Assembly: GCF_004339805.1 (NCBI RefSeq)
Contig: NZ_SLUI01000007.1
Location: forward strand, 57,061-81,060
Origin: Anaerospora hongkongensis
Lineage (GTDB): Bacteria > Bacillota > Negativicutes > Sporomusales > DSM-15969
Length of the DNA: 24,000 bases
Direction of reading: 5' to 3'
The notes under the pieces were generated by a model. That model did not search any database. It was not told the DNA's origin and saw only the letters and a list, made by a program, of their open reading frames with translations. The position numbers were made by a program, and so were the translations under genes. This document shows, piece by piece, positions 1 to 9,627 of the stretch. Every line of letters begins with the position of its first letter. The first letter of the stretch is position 1.

Positions 1-2
1 CG

Positions 3-1814
<1,812 letters not shown>

Positions 1815-1910
1815 AATAAAAGCGGCAGGCTTGGCTCCCGTGCTGAAAAATAGGTTATCCATTGGGGTAAGTCATCATATAGTTATAGAAACGGTTTATG
1901 GTGGGTTGCC

Positions 1911-2216
1911 ATGGAAGAATCAATTTTCTATTCTCTGGACTCTGAACAGCAGGTACTGCTCGCAGCTTTACTCGCGATCATCGTATCGGAAAACCTTAAC
2001 GAAAACCAGCTCAATATTTTGGGCAACTTTGTGGAAGCAGTGGGGCAGAACATTTTGCTGATCCAAGCGATTGTATCATCGAATCCGTCCACGACAGAAC
2101 CGGATAGTTCTTCAACGACAGAAGTGCAAAATCTGCAAGAAAACATGAACCGGTTACAGCAGGAATTAGAAACTATGAAGTGCAAGTTAGCCGCCTTAGA
2201 AGGAAAACAGGAATAA
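1911..2216 (+). CDS. small hypothetical protein (101 aa) with a hydrophobic N-terminal half and a coiled-coil-like C-terminus
   Basis: A GGTGGG RBS-like element lies ~6 nt upstream of the ATG. The ORF is followed directly by a strong terminator at 2224-2260. I recognise no family. Confidence 0.55.
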   Translation: MEESIFYSLDSEQQVLLAALLAIIVSENLNENQLNILGNFVEAVGQNILLIQAIVSSNPSTTEPDSSSTTEVQNLQENMNRLQQELETMKCKLAALEGKQE

Positions 2217-2223
2217 GGTAGGT

Positions 2224-2260
2224 TGCTGCCAATCATGGAATATGGTTGGCAGCATTTTTT
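2224..2260 (+). terminator. rho-independent terminator
   Basis: TGCTGCCAA (2224-2232) pairs with TTGGCAGCA (2246-2254), followed by TTTTTT (2255-2260). Confidence 0.8.
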
Positions 2261-2310
2261 ATACAATTGCAGGCAAATCAGGGGCTTTTTTGACATTACT
2301 GGCAACATTG

Positions 2311-2339
2311 TTGAAAACTGCTGCATAACCCAGTATAAT
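2311..2339 (+). promoter_or_regulatory. sigma-A type promoter for the radical SAM gene
   Basis: TTGAAA (2311-2316), an exact 17-nt spacer, then TATAAT (2334-2339), ~58 nt upstream of the ATG at 2397. Confidence 0.6.
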
Positions 2340-2396
2340 TTAAAATGCTATAGAGATTGGTTAGCTACGTATATTAAATAGATAGGCGGATACATA

Positions 2397-3521
2397 ATGA
2401 AAATTTCTAAGAATGATGCATTAATCTGGTTTGATTATTTTTCCCAAATGCCTGAGGATGAGGAAATTACCGTAAAACATGAAGAAATCATTTTCGCTAC
2501 TTTTGCGCAGATTGAAGCAGCAGTTGAGCATAGAAATGAATTGCTAATAGCAGAAATTAAAGGCTTAAAGACGTTAGAAAACCGAACTTACTATGTGGGC
2601 AATGAAAGCAAATTCGCCCAGGGCTGTCGTTCCTGTCTGCTGGGCACTGGTTTGAGTGCCATCAGAAAAACGAACAAATGCAATTTAGAGTGCAAGTTCT
2701 GTTATAACTACGGCGAACTGGATGCCATTCATCCGGTTGGTGAAGGCATGTGGGAAATTGGCGGCACAAAGTTTTACGAGAAAGATATTGATCTGCTGCT
2801 GTCCATTCATCAAAAGCCTACCGGCATTTCTTACGTCTACTTAGAACCGTTTATGGAAATTGAAAAGTACTATTCGATGATAAAGAAGTTTCATGCTGCT
2901 GGCATTCATCAGCACTTATACACCAATGGCACATTAGCCACCGAAGAAACCTTGAAAGCCTTAGGCGAAGCCGGTTTGGATGAGATCCGTTTCAACCTGG
3001 GTGCTTCCAACTGTGCGGACAAAGTAATAGAGAATATTGGTTTAGCGAAAAAATACATTAAGAGCGTAGGAATTGAAACCCCGATGACGCCTGAGTTTTT
3101 CAAAGCGTTTTTTAAGAAACAGCAAGCCATCTTTGCAACAAAGCTTGATTTTATCAACTGTGCGGAATTGCATTTAAATGAGAATAACATCAACAATTAC
3201 TATGGCGAGAACATGTATATTGCGCGCCAAGGCTATATATCGCCAATTTGGAGTCGGGAATTGACCCTGAAATTCATGAAAATAGCGGCAGAAGAAAACT
3301 GGGATATAGCAGTCCATGACTGCTCAAACTACACGAAGTTTGCCAGAAGCTTAAATCTGAGCAGCAAAACGGGCATGTGGTTTGGCGCCAGCAACTATGC
3401 CTGTGAATTCTCGATGATTCCTTACGAAATATTTTTACCGACCCTGAACGATGATGAGTTCGAATTTTTAGAGGAAGAAGAATTGCCTGAGGGCTATAAG
3501 CCGGAGCTTATGGAGTTTTAG
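2397..3521 (+). CDS. radical SAM domain protein (374 aa), function unknown
   Basis: The canonical CX3CX2C cluster motif is CNLECKFC (Cys95/99/102). An extra CRSC pair lies just upstream. I saw no obvious SPASM/twitch Cys cluster at the C-terminus. The gene has its own promoter and terminator. Confidence 0.85.
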   Translation: MKISKNDALIWFDYFSQMPEDEEITVKHEEIIFATFAQIEAAVEHRNELLIAEIKGLKTLENRTYYVGNESKFAQGCRSCLLGTGLSAIRKTNKCNLECKFCYNYGELDAIHPVGEGMWEIGGTKFYEKDIDLLLSIHQKPTGISYVYLEPFMEIEKYYSMIKKFHAAGIHQHLYTNGTLATEETLKALGEAGLDEIRFNLGASNCADKVIENIGLAKKYIKSVGIETPMTPEFFKAFFKKQQAIFATKLDFINCAELHLNENNINNYYGENMYIARQGYISPIWSRELTLKFMKIAAEENWDIAVHDCSNYTKFARSLNLSSKTGMWFGASNYACEFSMIPYEIFLPTLNDDEFEFLEEEELPEGYKPELMEF

Positions 3522-3527
3522 CAGGGC

Positions 3528-3566
3528 AGCGTCACCCTGTACGCAGATGGGGTGACGCTTTTTTTG
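3528..3566 (+). terminator. rho-independent terminator
   Basis: AGCGTCACCC (3528-3537) pairs with GGGTGACGCT (3550-3559), followed by a T-run. Confidence 0.8.
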
Positions 3567-3652
3567 TTCAGAAGGAGCTTCAGTAGTCAGCAAAGAAATA
3601 GATATTCAGAATTCAGACATCAGTATAAAGAAGAGAAAAGGGGTAGTACATA

Positions 3653-3970
3653 ATGGCAAGCACGACATACCGGGATGTAAAAATAACGGTGCTCAAAAAA
3701 CTGGAAGTCCCAGATATTCATAAAGAGTATGCTGCTGAGGGGGTTCATACTCAATGTGCTAAGTATAAAGAAGGCCATGAGTATATCTGTAAAAACGTTG
3801 TCAAACCCGAAGGCTTTTGCTCCTGGGCCTGGGTGGCTGTGCAGGATAAGGTCGTCTTTTTAGCTTTAGGGCATGATTATCCCTGGGTAAAACAAGCCGG
3901 TACCGAGATCGTCTGCTGTGCTGACGGGCTGCATCCTGTTCTTTATAAGTTAGAGCGCATAGATAACTAA
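3653..3970 (+). CDS. small conserved hypothetical protein (105 aa), TIGR04076-like
   Basis: AAAGGGG RBS. The layout recalled for TIGR04076 is present: VKITVLKK near the N-terminus, PEGFCSWAW in the middle, and CCADGLHPVLYKLERI at the C-terminus. The family name is from memory, not from a search. Confidence 0.75.
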   Translation: MASTTYRDVKITVLKKLEVPDIHKEYAAEGVHTQCAKYKEGHEYICKNVVKPEGFCSWAWVAVQDKVVFLALGHDYPWVKQAGTEIVCCADGLHPVLYKLERIDN

Positions 3971-3990
3971 GTGGCGGTAACGACTTCTAG

Positions 3991-4019
3991 AAAATCCTAG
4001 TAAAGCTAGGATTTTTTTG
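3991..4019 (+). terminator. rho-independent terminator
   Basis: AAAATCCTAG (3991-4000), loop TAAAG, CTAGGATTTT (4006-4015), then a T-run. Confidence 0.8.
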
Positions 4020-4100
4020 TTTATCCCGCTGCGTTCCGGACATACTGGGAGATAGGAGCGTGAACGTACTCCAATTCGATGAGTAAGAAGGAATGCTAAG

Positions 4101-4241
4101 ATGCTGACTGCCAGCAATGATACGGAACTCAGAGTATGTGATTCGTGTGGGAAAGAAAGAGAATGCTATGTGGAACGGAAGCTGGACACCGAACAGGCGC
4201 TGTGCGTATATTGCTTATCGACAATGTATTGCTTCTTCTAA
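4101..4241 (+). CDS. candidate small Cys-rich (zinc-ribbon-like) protein, 46 aa; too short for the supplied ORF track
   Basis: Hand translation gives MLTASNDTELRVCDSCGKERECYVERKLDTEQALCVYCLSTMYCFF. A GAAGGAA RBS lies 7 nt upstream of the ATG. CDSC...CVYC are paired CxxC knuckles. The ORF has its own terminator at 4258-4302. Confidence 0.4.
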   Translation: MLTASNDTELRVCDSCGKERECYVERKLDTEQALCVYCLSTMYCFF

Positions 4242-4257
4242 GCTAGAGGAAAAGTGA

Positions 4258-4302
4258 AGTTCCTGCAAAGGCAAATGCCGCTTTGCAGGAACTCTTTTCT
4301 TG
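4258..4302 (+). terminator. rho-independent terminator
   Basis: AGTTCCTGCAAAG (4258-4270) pairs with CTTTGCAGGAACT (4281-4293), followed by CTTTTCTT. It overlaps the track's ORF start at 4283, which argues that start is wrong. Confidence 0.75.
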
Positions 4303-4345
4303 GATGGTAAATAGTGCATATATGCCAAAGAGGGAGAGTGGTAGG

Positions 4346-5224
4346 ATGAACCTCAATCTGGAGTGCATTGTTTGCAATATCAGGCAAGTGCTAACGGTAA
4401 CCGATCTGCTTGAATTAGATGCCGCTGCCAAAGAAAGCATTATGCGGGAGGTATTGGGCTATCTGCATTCAACCAACTATCAACGGTCGAATCCGGAAGT
4501 GATCCGCGGGACCTGGGAGATCATCACACGCCATATCAATGATCCTAATCCCTACAGGGAGATCAAGTGCTTGTACAATACCAAACTGCAGGACCTGGCT
4601 GCTAAAATCAGAACGCAGATTGACCTGTCACAAGATAAGCTGGATACGGCGCTCAAAATCGCGATCACGGCCAATCTGATTGATTTTGCCGCTAACCATA
4701 CTGTGGATGAAGCGATGCTGCTGCAGAAAATCGCTGACGCCAACGAACAGCAGCTGGCGATTGATGATAGTAAACCATTGCTGGAGAGCTTGAAAACTGC
4801 CCGCACGCTTCTCTATTTGGGGGATAACTGTGGTGAGATCGCAATAGATAAGATCTTTATTGCCTACATAAAAGCAGCCTATCCTCATATCAAAGTGTAT
4901 TTCGGGGTAAGAGGCAAGCCCATTGTCAATGATGTAACAGAAGATGACGCTGCGATGGTACAAATGCACGAAGCAGCTGAGGTGATCAGCAACGGCGACG
5001 GTTCGCTGGGGACGGTTGTAGCCAGGACGTCACCGGCTTTTCGGGAAGTTTTTTATCAGGCAGATGTAATCATTGCCAAAGGGCAGGGGAACTTTGAAAG
5101 CCTGAGCGAAATAGACCGGGGCAATATCTTCTTTCTGTTTATGGCCAAATGTGATGTCGTCGCAGGTTTGCTCCAGATACCAAAGCTATCCATTGTCTGT
5201 GCAAAAAATACCTACGATGCATGA
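4346..5224 (+). CDS. DUF89 / ARMT1-like damage-control phosphatase family protein
   Basis: Family motifs are present: N-terminal CIVCNIRQ, GDNCGEIAID (DNxGE) and KGQGNFESL. I place the start at ATG 4346 (MNLNLE...), 7 nt after the RBS AGGGAGAG. The track start at 4283 sits inside the upstream terminator. Confidence 0.85.
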   Translation: MNLNLECIVCNIRQVLTVTDLLELDAAAKESIMREVLGYLHSTNYQRSNPEVIRGTWEIITRHINDPNPYREIKCLYNTKLQDLAAKIRTQIDLSQDKLDTALKIAITANLIDFAANHTVDEAMLLQKIADANEQQLAIDDSKPLLESLKTARTLLYLGDNCGEIAIDKIFIAYIKAAYPHIKVYFGVRGKPIVNDVTEDDAAMVQMHEAAEVISNGDGSLGTVVARTSPAFREVFYQADVIIAKGQGNFESLSEIDRGNIFFLFMAKCDVVAGLLQIPKLSIVCAKNTYDA

Positions 5225-5249
5225 TTATCAAGATAAATACATAAATAGA

Positions 5250-5287
5250 ACGGGCCAATTCTCCTGGAGAATTGACCCGTTTTTTCT
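5250..5287. terminator. bidirectional terminator between convergent genes
   Basis: ACGGGCCAATTCTCC pairs with GGAGAATTGACCCGT (one mismatch). It is flanked by a T-run on the + strand and an A-rich tract on the other side. Confidence 0.75.
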
Positions 5288-5294
5288 ATAAGCG

Positions 5295-6092
5295 CTATTC
5301 TTGCTGCAAAGCGGCAGCCAGTTCGCGGACACCGGCAAACACATAATCCGGCTGAACATCGGAACCGGTTAAATCAGCTTGCTTTGTTTCGCCGCTCAGG
5401 ACTAGTATGCCGCAGATGTCGGCGTTTGCCGCCAGCTTGATATCCGTATACAGCCGGTCGCCCACCATGGCCGTTTCTTCGCGCGGGCAGTTTAGTTTGG
5501 CCACCAGGACATCGATAATTTCCTGATACGGTTTGCCAATAATCTTCGCCCGTTTGCCTGTGGAAGAGTAGATTAATTCCAGCATGGCCCCCACATCGGG
5601 AATGTAGCCGGACCGTTCATCAGTCGGGCAATTAATATCCGGATGAGTGGCAATGAGCGGCACACCTTCGCGAATCAAATGACAAGCTTCGGTCAGCTTG
5701 GCGTAGTTCAAAGTCTGATCAAAGCCCAGTACGACAAAATCAGGGGTAGAATTCGTCAGAGTAAAGCCGTGGGCGAGAAATTCCTGCTCCAAATCCGGTG
5801 TACCTAATAAAAAGATCCGGGCGTTCGGTTTGATACTGCTGAGGTATAAAGCGGTGGCTTCACCGGAAGTTAAGATTTGATCAATGGTAGCATCCAGGCC
5901 AAGCGCTTGCAGTTTGTTGACATAGCTTTGCTTGTTTTTGGAGGAGTTATTGGTCAGAAACACATACTTTCTACCGCTTTGCGCCAGGTAATCGAGAAAC
6001 TCTTTAGCGCCTGGCAGCAGCTTTTGACCTAAATAAATCGTGCCATCCATATCTAAAGCAAAGTACTTTAACTGTTGTAAACCTGCAGGCAT
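5295..6092 (-). CDS. HAD-IIA family (NagD-like) sugar-phosphate phosphatase
   Basis: The HAD motifs are present: DMDGTIY (I), LTNNS (II), GKP (III) and VGDRLYTDI (IV). The likely start is the ATG at 6092 (MPAGLQQLKYF), preceded by a GGAGAGG RBS. The track start at 6149 would overlap the upstream gene. Confidence 0.9.
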   Translation of the reverse strand: MPAGLQQLKYFALDMDGTIYLGQKLLPGAKEFLDYLAQSGRKYVFLTNNSSKNKQSYVNKLQALGLDATIDQILTSGEATALYLSSIKPNARIFLLGTPDLEQEFLAHGFTLTNSTPDFVVLGFDQTLNYAKLTEACHLIREGVPLIATHPDINCPTDERSGYIPDVGAMLELIYSSTGKRAKIIGKPYQEIIDVLVAKLNCPREETAMVGDRLYTDIKLAANADICGILVLSGETKQADLTGSDVQPDYVFAGVRELAAALQQE

Positions 6093-6124
6093 AGCAACCT
6101 CTCCTAACAGTTGGTAGCCGTAGC

Positions 6125-7477
6125 TTAATCTCCGGCTTTCACATTCCAAACCATAGCAGCTAATAGGAAGGACAGAACAGCTGAACCTACCCAGAAGTCG
6201 CCGGCCAAAGCAAAGTCATATATTTTTTTGCCGTTCACAATCGTCATATGGGCGTTGATTAGATAGCCGCTGACCATTTCCTGCAGAGCGGCGCCGAAAT
6301 AACTGAGTAAGCCGATCATCCCCATGGCCGCGCCGGTAGCCCGTTTCGGACAGATATCAACAGCCATCAAACCGCCGAGGTAGCAGACCAGTGCACCCAT
6401 CGTGAAGCCATACACACACATGCTGAGCATATCAGTAGTGGGATTAGCAGGTGCCCATAAGAAAGCGCCAATCGAAGCGGCATATAACACACCATAAATC
6501 AAGGCAGGCATATTGCGTTTGTGGTTGAAAAACTTGTCAGATACCAAACCACAGGTAAGAGCACCGAAGATCCCGGCAAACTGCATGACACTCAAAACGC
6601 CGCTGGCGCCGATCGTCGTGTAGCCCTTGGCTTCGGTCAGATAAATGATGCCCCAGCTTTCAATAGCATACCGGGCAATATAACAGCAGAGGCTGGATAA
6701 ACCGAGAATCCATACGGCGGGACGTTTCACAACCGACCATTGTAAGGCGGAAATGGATTTTTCTTTTTCCGCTTTTATCAGTGCAAAACCTTCGGGGTTT
6801 TTATGCTCTTCCGCATTTGGCAGGCCATAGGATTCGGGGCGGTCATGCATAAAGAAGTAAATCAGGATAGAACCGATCAGGCAGAAGACACCAGGCATGA
6901 TGAAGCCTAATTGCCAGCTGTAAGCAGTGACAATCGCGGCGGTCGCTAAATAGGTAAAGGCCGCACCAAGATTGTGGCTGGTAAACCAGATTCCATAATA
7001 CGTGCCACGTTCTTTATTGGTAAACCATTGGTTCAAGGAAACGATGCAAGGACCGGCGCCAAAAGACTGGAACCAGCCATTGATGCCCCACAGCACCACT
7101 AAAGGCATAAACTGATTGGTAAAGCCCATGATTACGGTAATAATGGAGGACATAAACAGACCCATCGCAAAGAACCGCTTATTATTCATGCGGTCAGCCA
7201 GGAAGCTGTTCGTAAACTTACCAAGACCATAGGTAATAAAAAATACCGAACCCATAAGACCAAGTTGCTGCGCATTCAAGACACCGGCAGCCATCAGAGG
7301 CTTTTTAATAACAGAAAAATTAAGCCGTAAAACATAAAACAATGCATACCCTAAGGTGATAGAAGTGAAGACCTGCCAGCGTCTTTTGTTAAACTCTTTC
7401 GCAATGACTTCGCTGTTAAGGGACATTAACGCTCTGTCCGGGCCGGTGGCAAATACCTTCCAAAATAACTCTATCAT
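6125..7477 (-). CDS. MFS transporter, organophosphate:Pi antiporter (GlpT/UhpT/UhpC/PgtP) family
   Basis: The sequence aligns by eye to GlpT over its N-terminal half (RRWQVF...GYALFYVLR, GWFQSFG, KERG, MHDRPESYGLP). A GGAGG RBS precedes the ATG at 7477. It appears co-transcribed with the HAD phosphatase. Confidence 0.9.
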   Translation of the reverse strand: MIELFWKVFATGPDRALMSLNSEVIAKEFNKRRWQVFTSITLGYALFYVLRLNFSVIKKPLMAAGVLNAQQLGLMGSVFFITYGLGKFTNSFLADRMNNKRFFAMGLFMSSIITVIMGFTNQFMPLVVLWGINGWFQSFGAGPCIVSLNQWFTNKERGTYYGIWFTSHNLGAAFTYLATAAIVTAYSWQLGFIMPGVFCLIGSILIYFFMHDRPESYGLPNAEEHKNPEGFALIKAEKEKSISALQWSVVKRPAVWILGLSSLCCYIARYAIESWGIIYLTEAKGYTTIGASGVLSVMQFAGIFGALTCGLVSDKFFNHKRNMPALIYGVLYAASIGAFLWAPANPTTDMLSMCVYGFTMGALVCYLGGLMAVDICPKRATGAAMGMIGLLSYFGAALQEMVSGYLINAHMTIVNGKKIYDFALAGDFWVGSAVLSFLLAAMVWNVKAGD

Positions 7478-7640
7478 AGTAAACCTCCTTATTTAATATC
7501 ATCATGAATTATCGCACTATTTCAGCAATTGGACTATCAGAAAAAATCTGATATTGCTGTAGGAATTTTGCGATAGAGTTTAGCCCAGTACGCAATCGGG
7601 AGTATATTTGGGAAAGAGGTAATTCTACTCGATAGCAAGA

Positions 7641-8279
7641 ATGTATTCGTATCTCGATGAAGTGTGGTGCGTTATGCTACAGCTACAGAATAACTCGGAT
7701 ACGGTCATCCTTGTATTGCATGAAATCTACGGGATTAATCGTCATATCAGCGGCATTTGCAATACGCTCGCTGATGGTAAAAATGATGTGCTGTGTCCGA
7801 ATCTGCTACTGCCGAATCAAACGTTCAACCCCGGTGAAGAGGCTGCCGCTTACAGCAGCTTTATGCAAAATATCGGCTTGAGCGCTGCCCAGCAACAGAT
7901 TGAAAAACTGTCGCGGGAAATTCAGAAGGATTACAAATACCGCTTCATCATTGGCTTCAGCATAGGTGCTACCTTAGCCTGGCTATGCAGCCAGCAGGCA
8001 GGCCTGTATAGTGGAGCCGTCGGCTTCTACGGTTCGCGAATCAGGGACTATACGAATGTCGTGCCTAAGTGCCCTGTTTTACTGTTCTTTCCGAGATGGG
8101 AAGAGTCGTTTGACGTAAATCATCTTATTCACGAGCTGTCAGGTAAAGACAATACCGGCATCGTCCAGGTAAATGCATTGCATGGCTTTACGAATCCACT
8201 GTCGGGTACATATTGCCCGGAGGCAAGCGAAGTGGCCATCACGCAAGCGATTGCGTTTTTTAACAGACAAAAACAATAA
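7641..8279 (+). CDS. dienelactone hydrolase-like alpha/beta hydrolase
   Basis: VILVLHEIYGIN, the nucleophile elbow GFSIGA and C-terminal ALHGF are present. The start is uncertain (ATG 7641 or ATG 7674) and neither has a clear RBS. Confidence 0.7.
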   Translation: MYSYLDEVWCVMLQLQNNSDTVILVLHEIYGINRHISGICNTLADGKNDVLCPNLLLPNQTFNPGEEAAAYSSFMQNIGLSAAQQQIEKLSREIQKDYKYRFIIGFSIGATLAWLCSQQAGLYSGAVGFYGSRIRDYTNVVPKCPVLLFFPRWEESFDVNHLIHELSGKDNTGIVQVNALHGFTNPLSGTYCPEASEVAITQAIAFFNRQKQ

Positions 8280-8356
8280 CCGATTTTTCTTCTATCTAAT
8301 CCGTTGCATAAGGCAGCCAGGATAGCAGAGCTAATATCTTTTCAGGAGATTGAAAT

Positions 8357-9507
8357 ATGGCATTGGACATGAGAACCTTACTAATTACCTCTATCATGGG
8401 AGTAATGATTAACGCCTTGGTGCTTGCGTTGGCCTGGTACTCGGAAAAGAAGCTGCGGCCGATAATCAGCTGCTGGTTTATTGGACAGGCTTCCCTGGGA
8501 CTTGGCATGACCTCATTGTCCTCCAGGGAACGGTTGCCCAATTTTGGGGCGTAGTTCTATCTAATGTGTGTGTAGCCTGCGGAATGGTTGCCGAGCAGGA
8601 AGGGCTGTTTCGTTATACTAAAAAAAGACGGGGCTATTTGCGGCCGGTACTCTTTTTGCTTGTAATAGCCAGTGGAGCGGGGATGTGGTTTTTTAACTAC
8701 ATCTATCCCTCCCTGGCTTGCCGGATCATTGTTTTTAGTCTGGTATCCATGATCTTTTCCGTCATTTTTATCAATACACTATTTAAAAGCGATGAAATAA
8801 GCGAAGCGCCGATAAAGCTGCTGGCGACAGCTCATACTCTGCAATTTGGCGTCATGGGTGCGCGCGCTGCCTTGGCCTACTGGCAAGGTGGCTATGTTAA
8901 TTCTTATTTGCATTTAGGTGGCATGCAAGCCGTATTGGTATTAGCTCTTTCCGCCTGCCATATTAGCCGTGCTGTGGGGTATTTTTGGTTAATTGTCCAC
9001 CGGCTGGGCTTAGAGATCCAAAAACAAGCGGTCACGGATGAGCTGACGGGATTATACAACCGGCGTGCCTTCGGCGAATATCTGGAGCAGTTGACGGCCG
9101 AAGGAACAGGGGGATTTGGGATCGCGATGATTGATGTGGACAAGTTCAAATCCATCAATGACCAGCATGGTCATCTGGCTGGCGACCGTTATCTTATACA
9201 AATCAGTAATTTATTCAGAACGCAGCTGGGCGTACACAGCCGGATATTTCGCTATGGCGGTGATGAATTTATTGCCATTATTCCCAATGTTACCAAAGCA
9301 GAGTTGCTGCAAATGCTGGAGCGGGTACGGTGTGCTGCAGCTGACTTGAAAATTCCATGGGAAGAGAAAACCGTTCAATCTACACTTAGCATTGGAATCT
9401 CGCTGGCAGCAGCTGACGGGAATAGCCTGGATCAATTGCTCGCCGCGGCTGATAAAGCATTGTATGTTGTCAAGGAACAAGGCGGCAACCAAATTGCTAT
9501 TTTATAA
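8357..9507 (+). pseudogene. membrane-anchored diguanylate cyclase (GGDEF), apparently interrupted by a 1-nt frameshift (track ORFs 8357..8554 and 8566..9507)
   Basis: The C-terminal domain is a clear GGDEF domain (TGLYNRRAF, DVDKFKSINDQHGH, RYGGDEF). ORF1 has a good RBS (AGGAGA) and encodes a TM segment. The ORF2 frame is open from 8413 and reads ...LIVLQGTVAQFWGVVLSNV directly into MCVACGMV. That continues the membrane domain with no RBS or ATG at 8566. Confidence 0.6.
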
Positions 9508-9627
9508 GAGCAGCGGGGATCGTTTTTCTTGGTGTGTTGGAGCTGTTCCACACTCTCATATGCTGCATACGCACTAGTAATAGGAAGTTTTTCTGCTTAT
9601 AAAACAAAATGGGATGGAGGAATTCAC

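Noticed and set aside
1831-2326. ORFs 1831..2061 (+) and 1928..2326 (-) overlapping the 101-aa gene
   Set aside because: They are alternative-frame or antisense overlaps. The minus ORF runs through the terminator at 2224-2260. Neither has an RBS.
2397-4241. Radical SAM enzyme plus the Cys-rich 46-aa ORF as a RiPP maturase/precursor pair
   Set aside because: The two are separated by another gene and by two terminators. The radical SAM protein shows no obvious SPASM/twitch auxiliary-cluster motif or RiPP recognition element. The peptide's paired CxxC pattern fits a zinc ribbon better than a precursor core. The evidence is insufficient.
8296-8541. 81-aa minus-strand ORF opposite the start of the GGDEF gene
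   Set aside because: It is antisense to the TM-encoding 5' region, which has a good RBS on the + strand. It has no RBS of its own.
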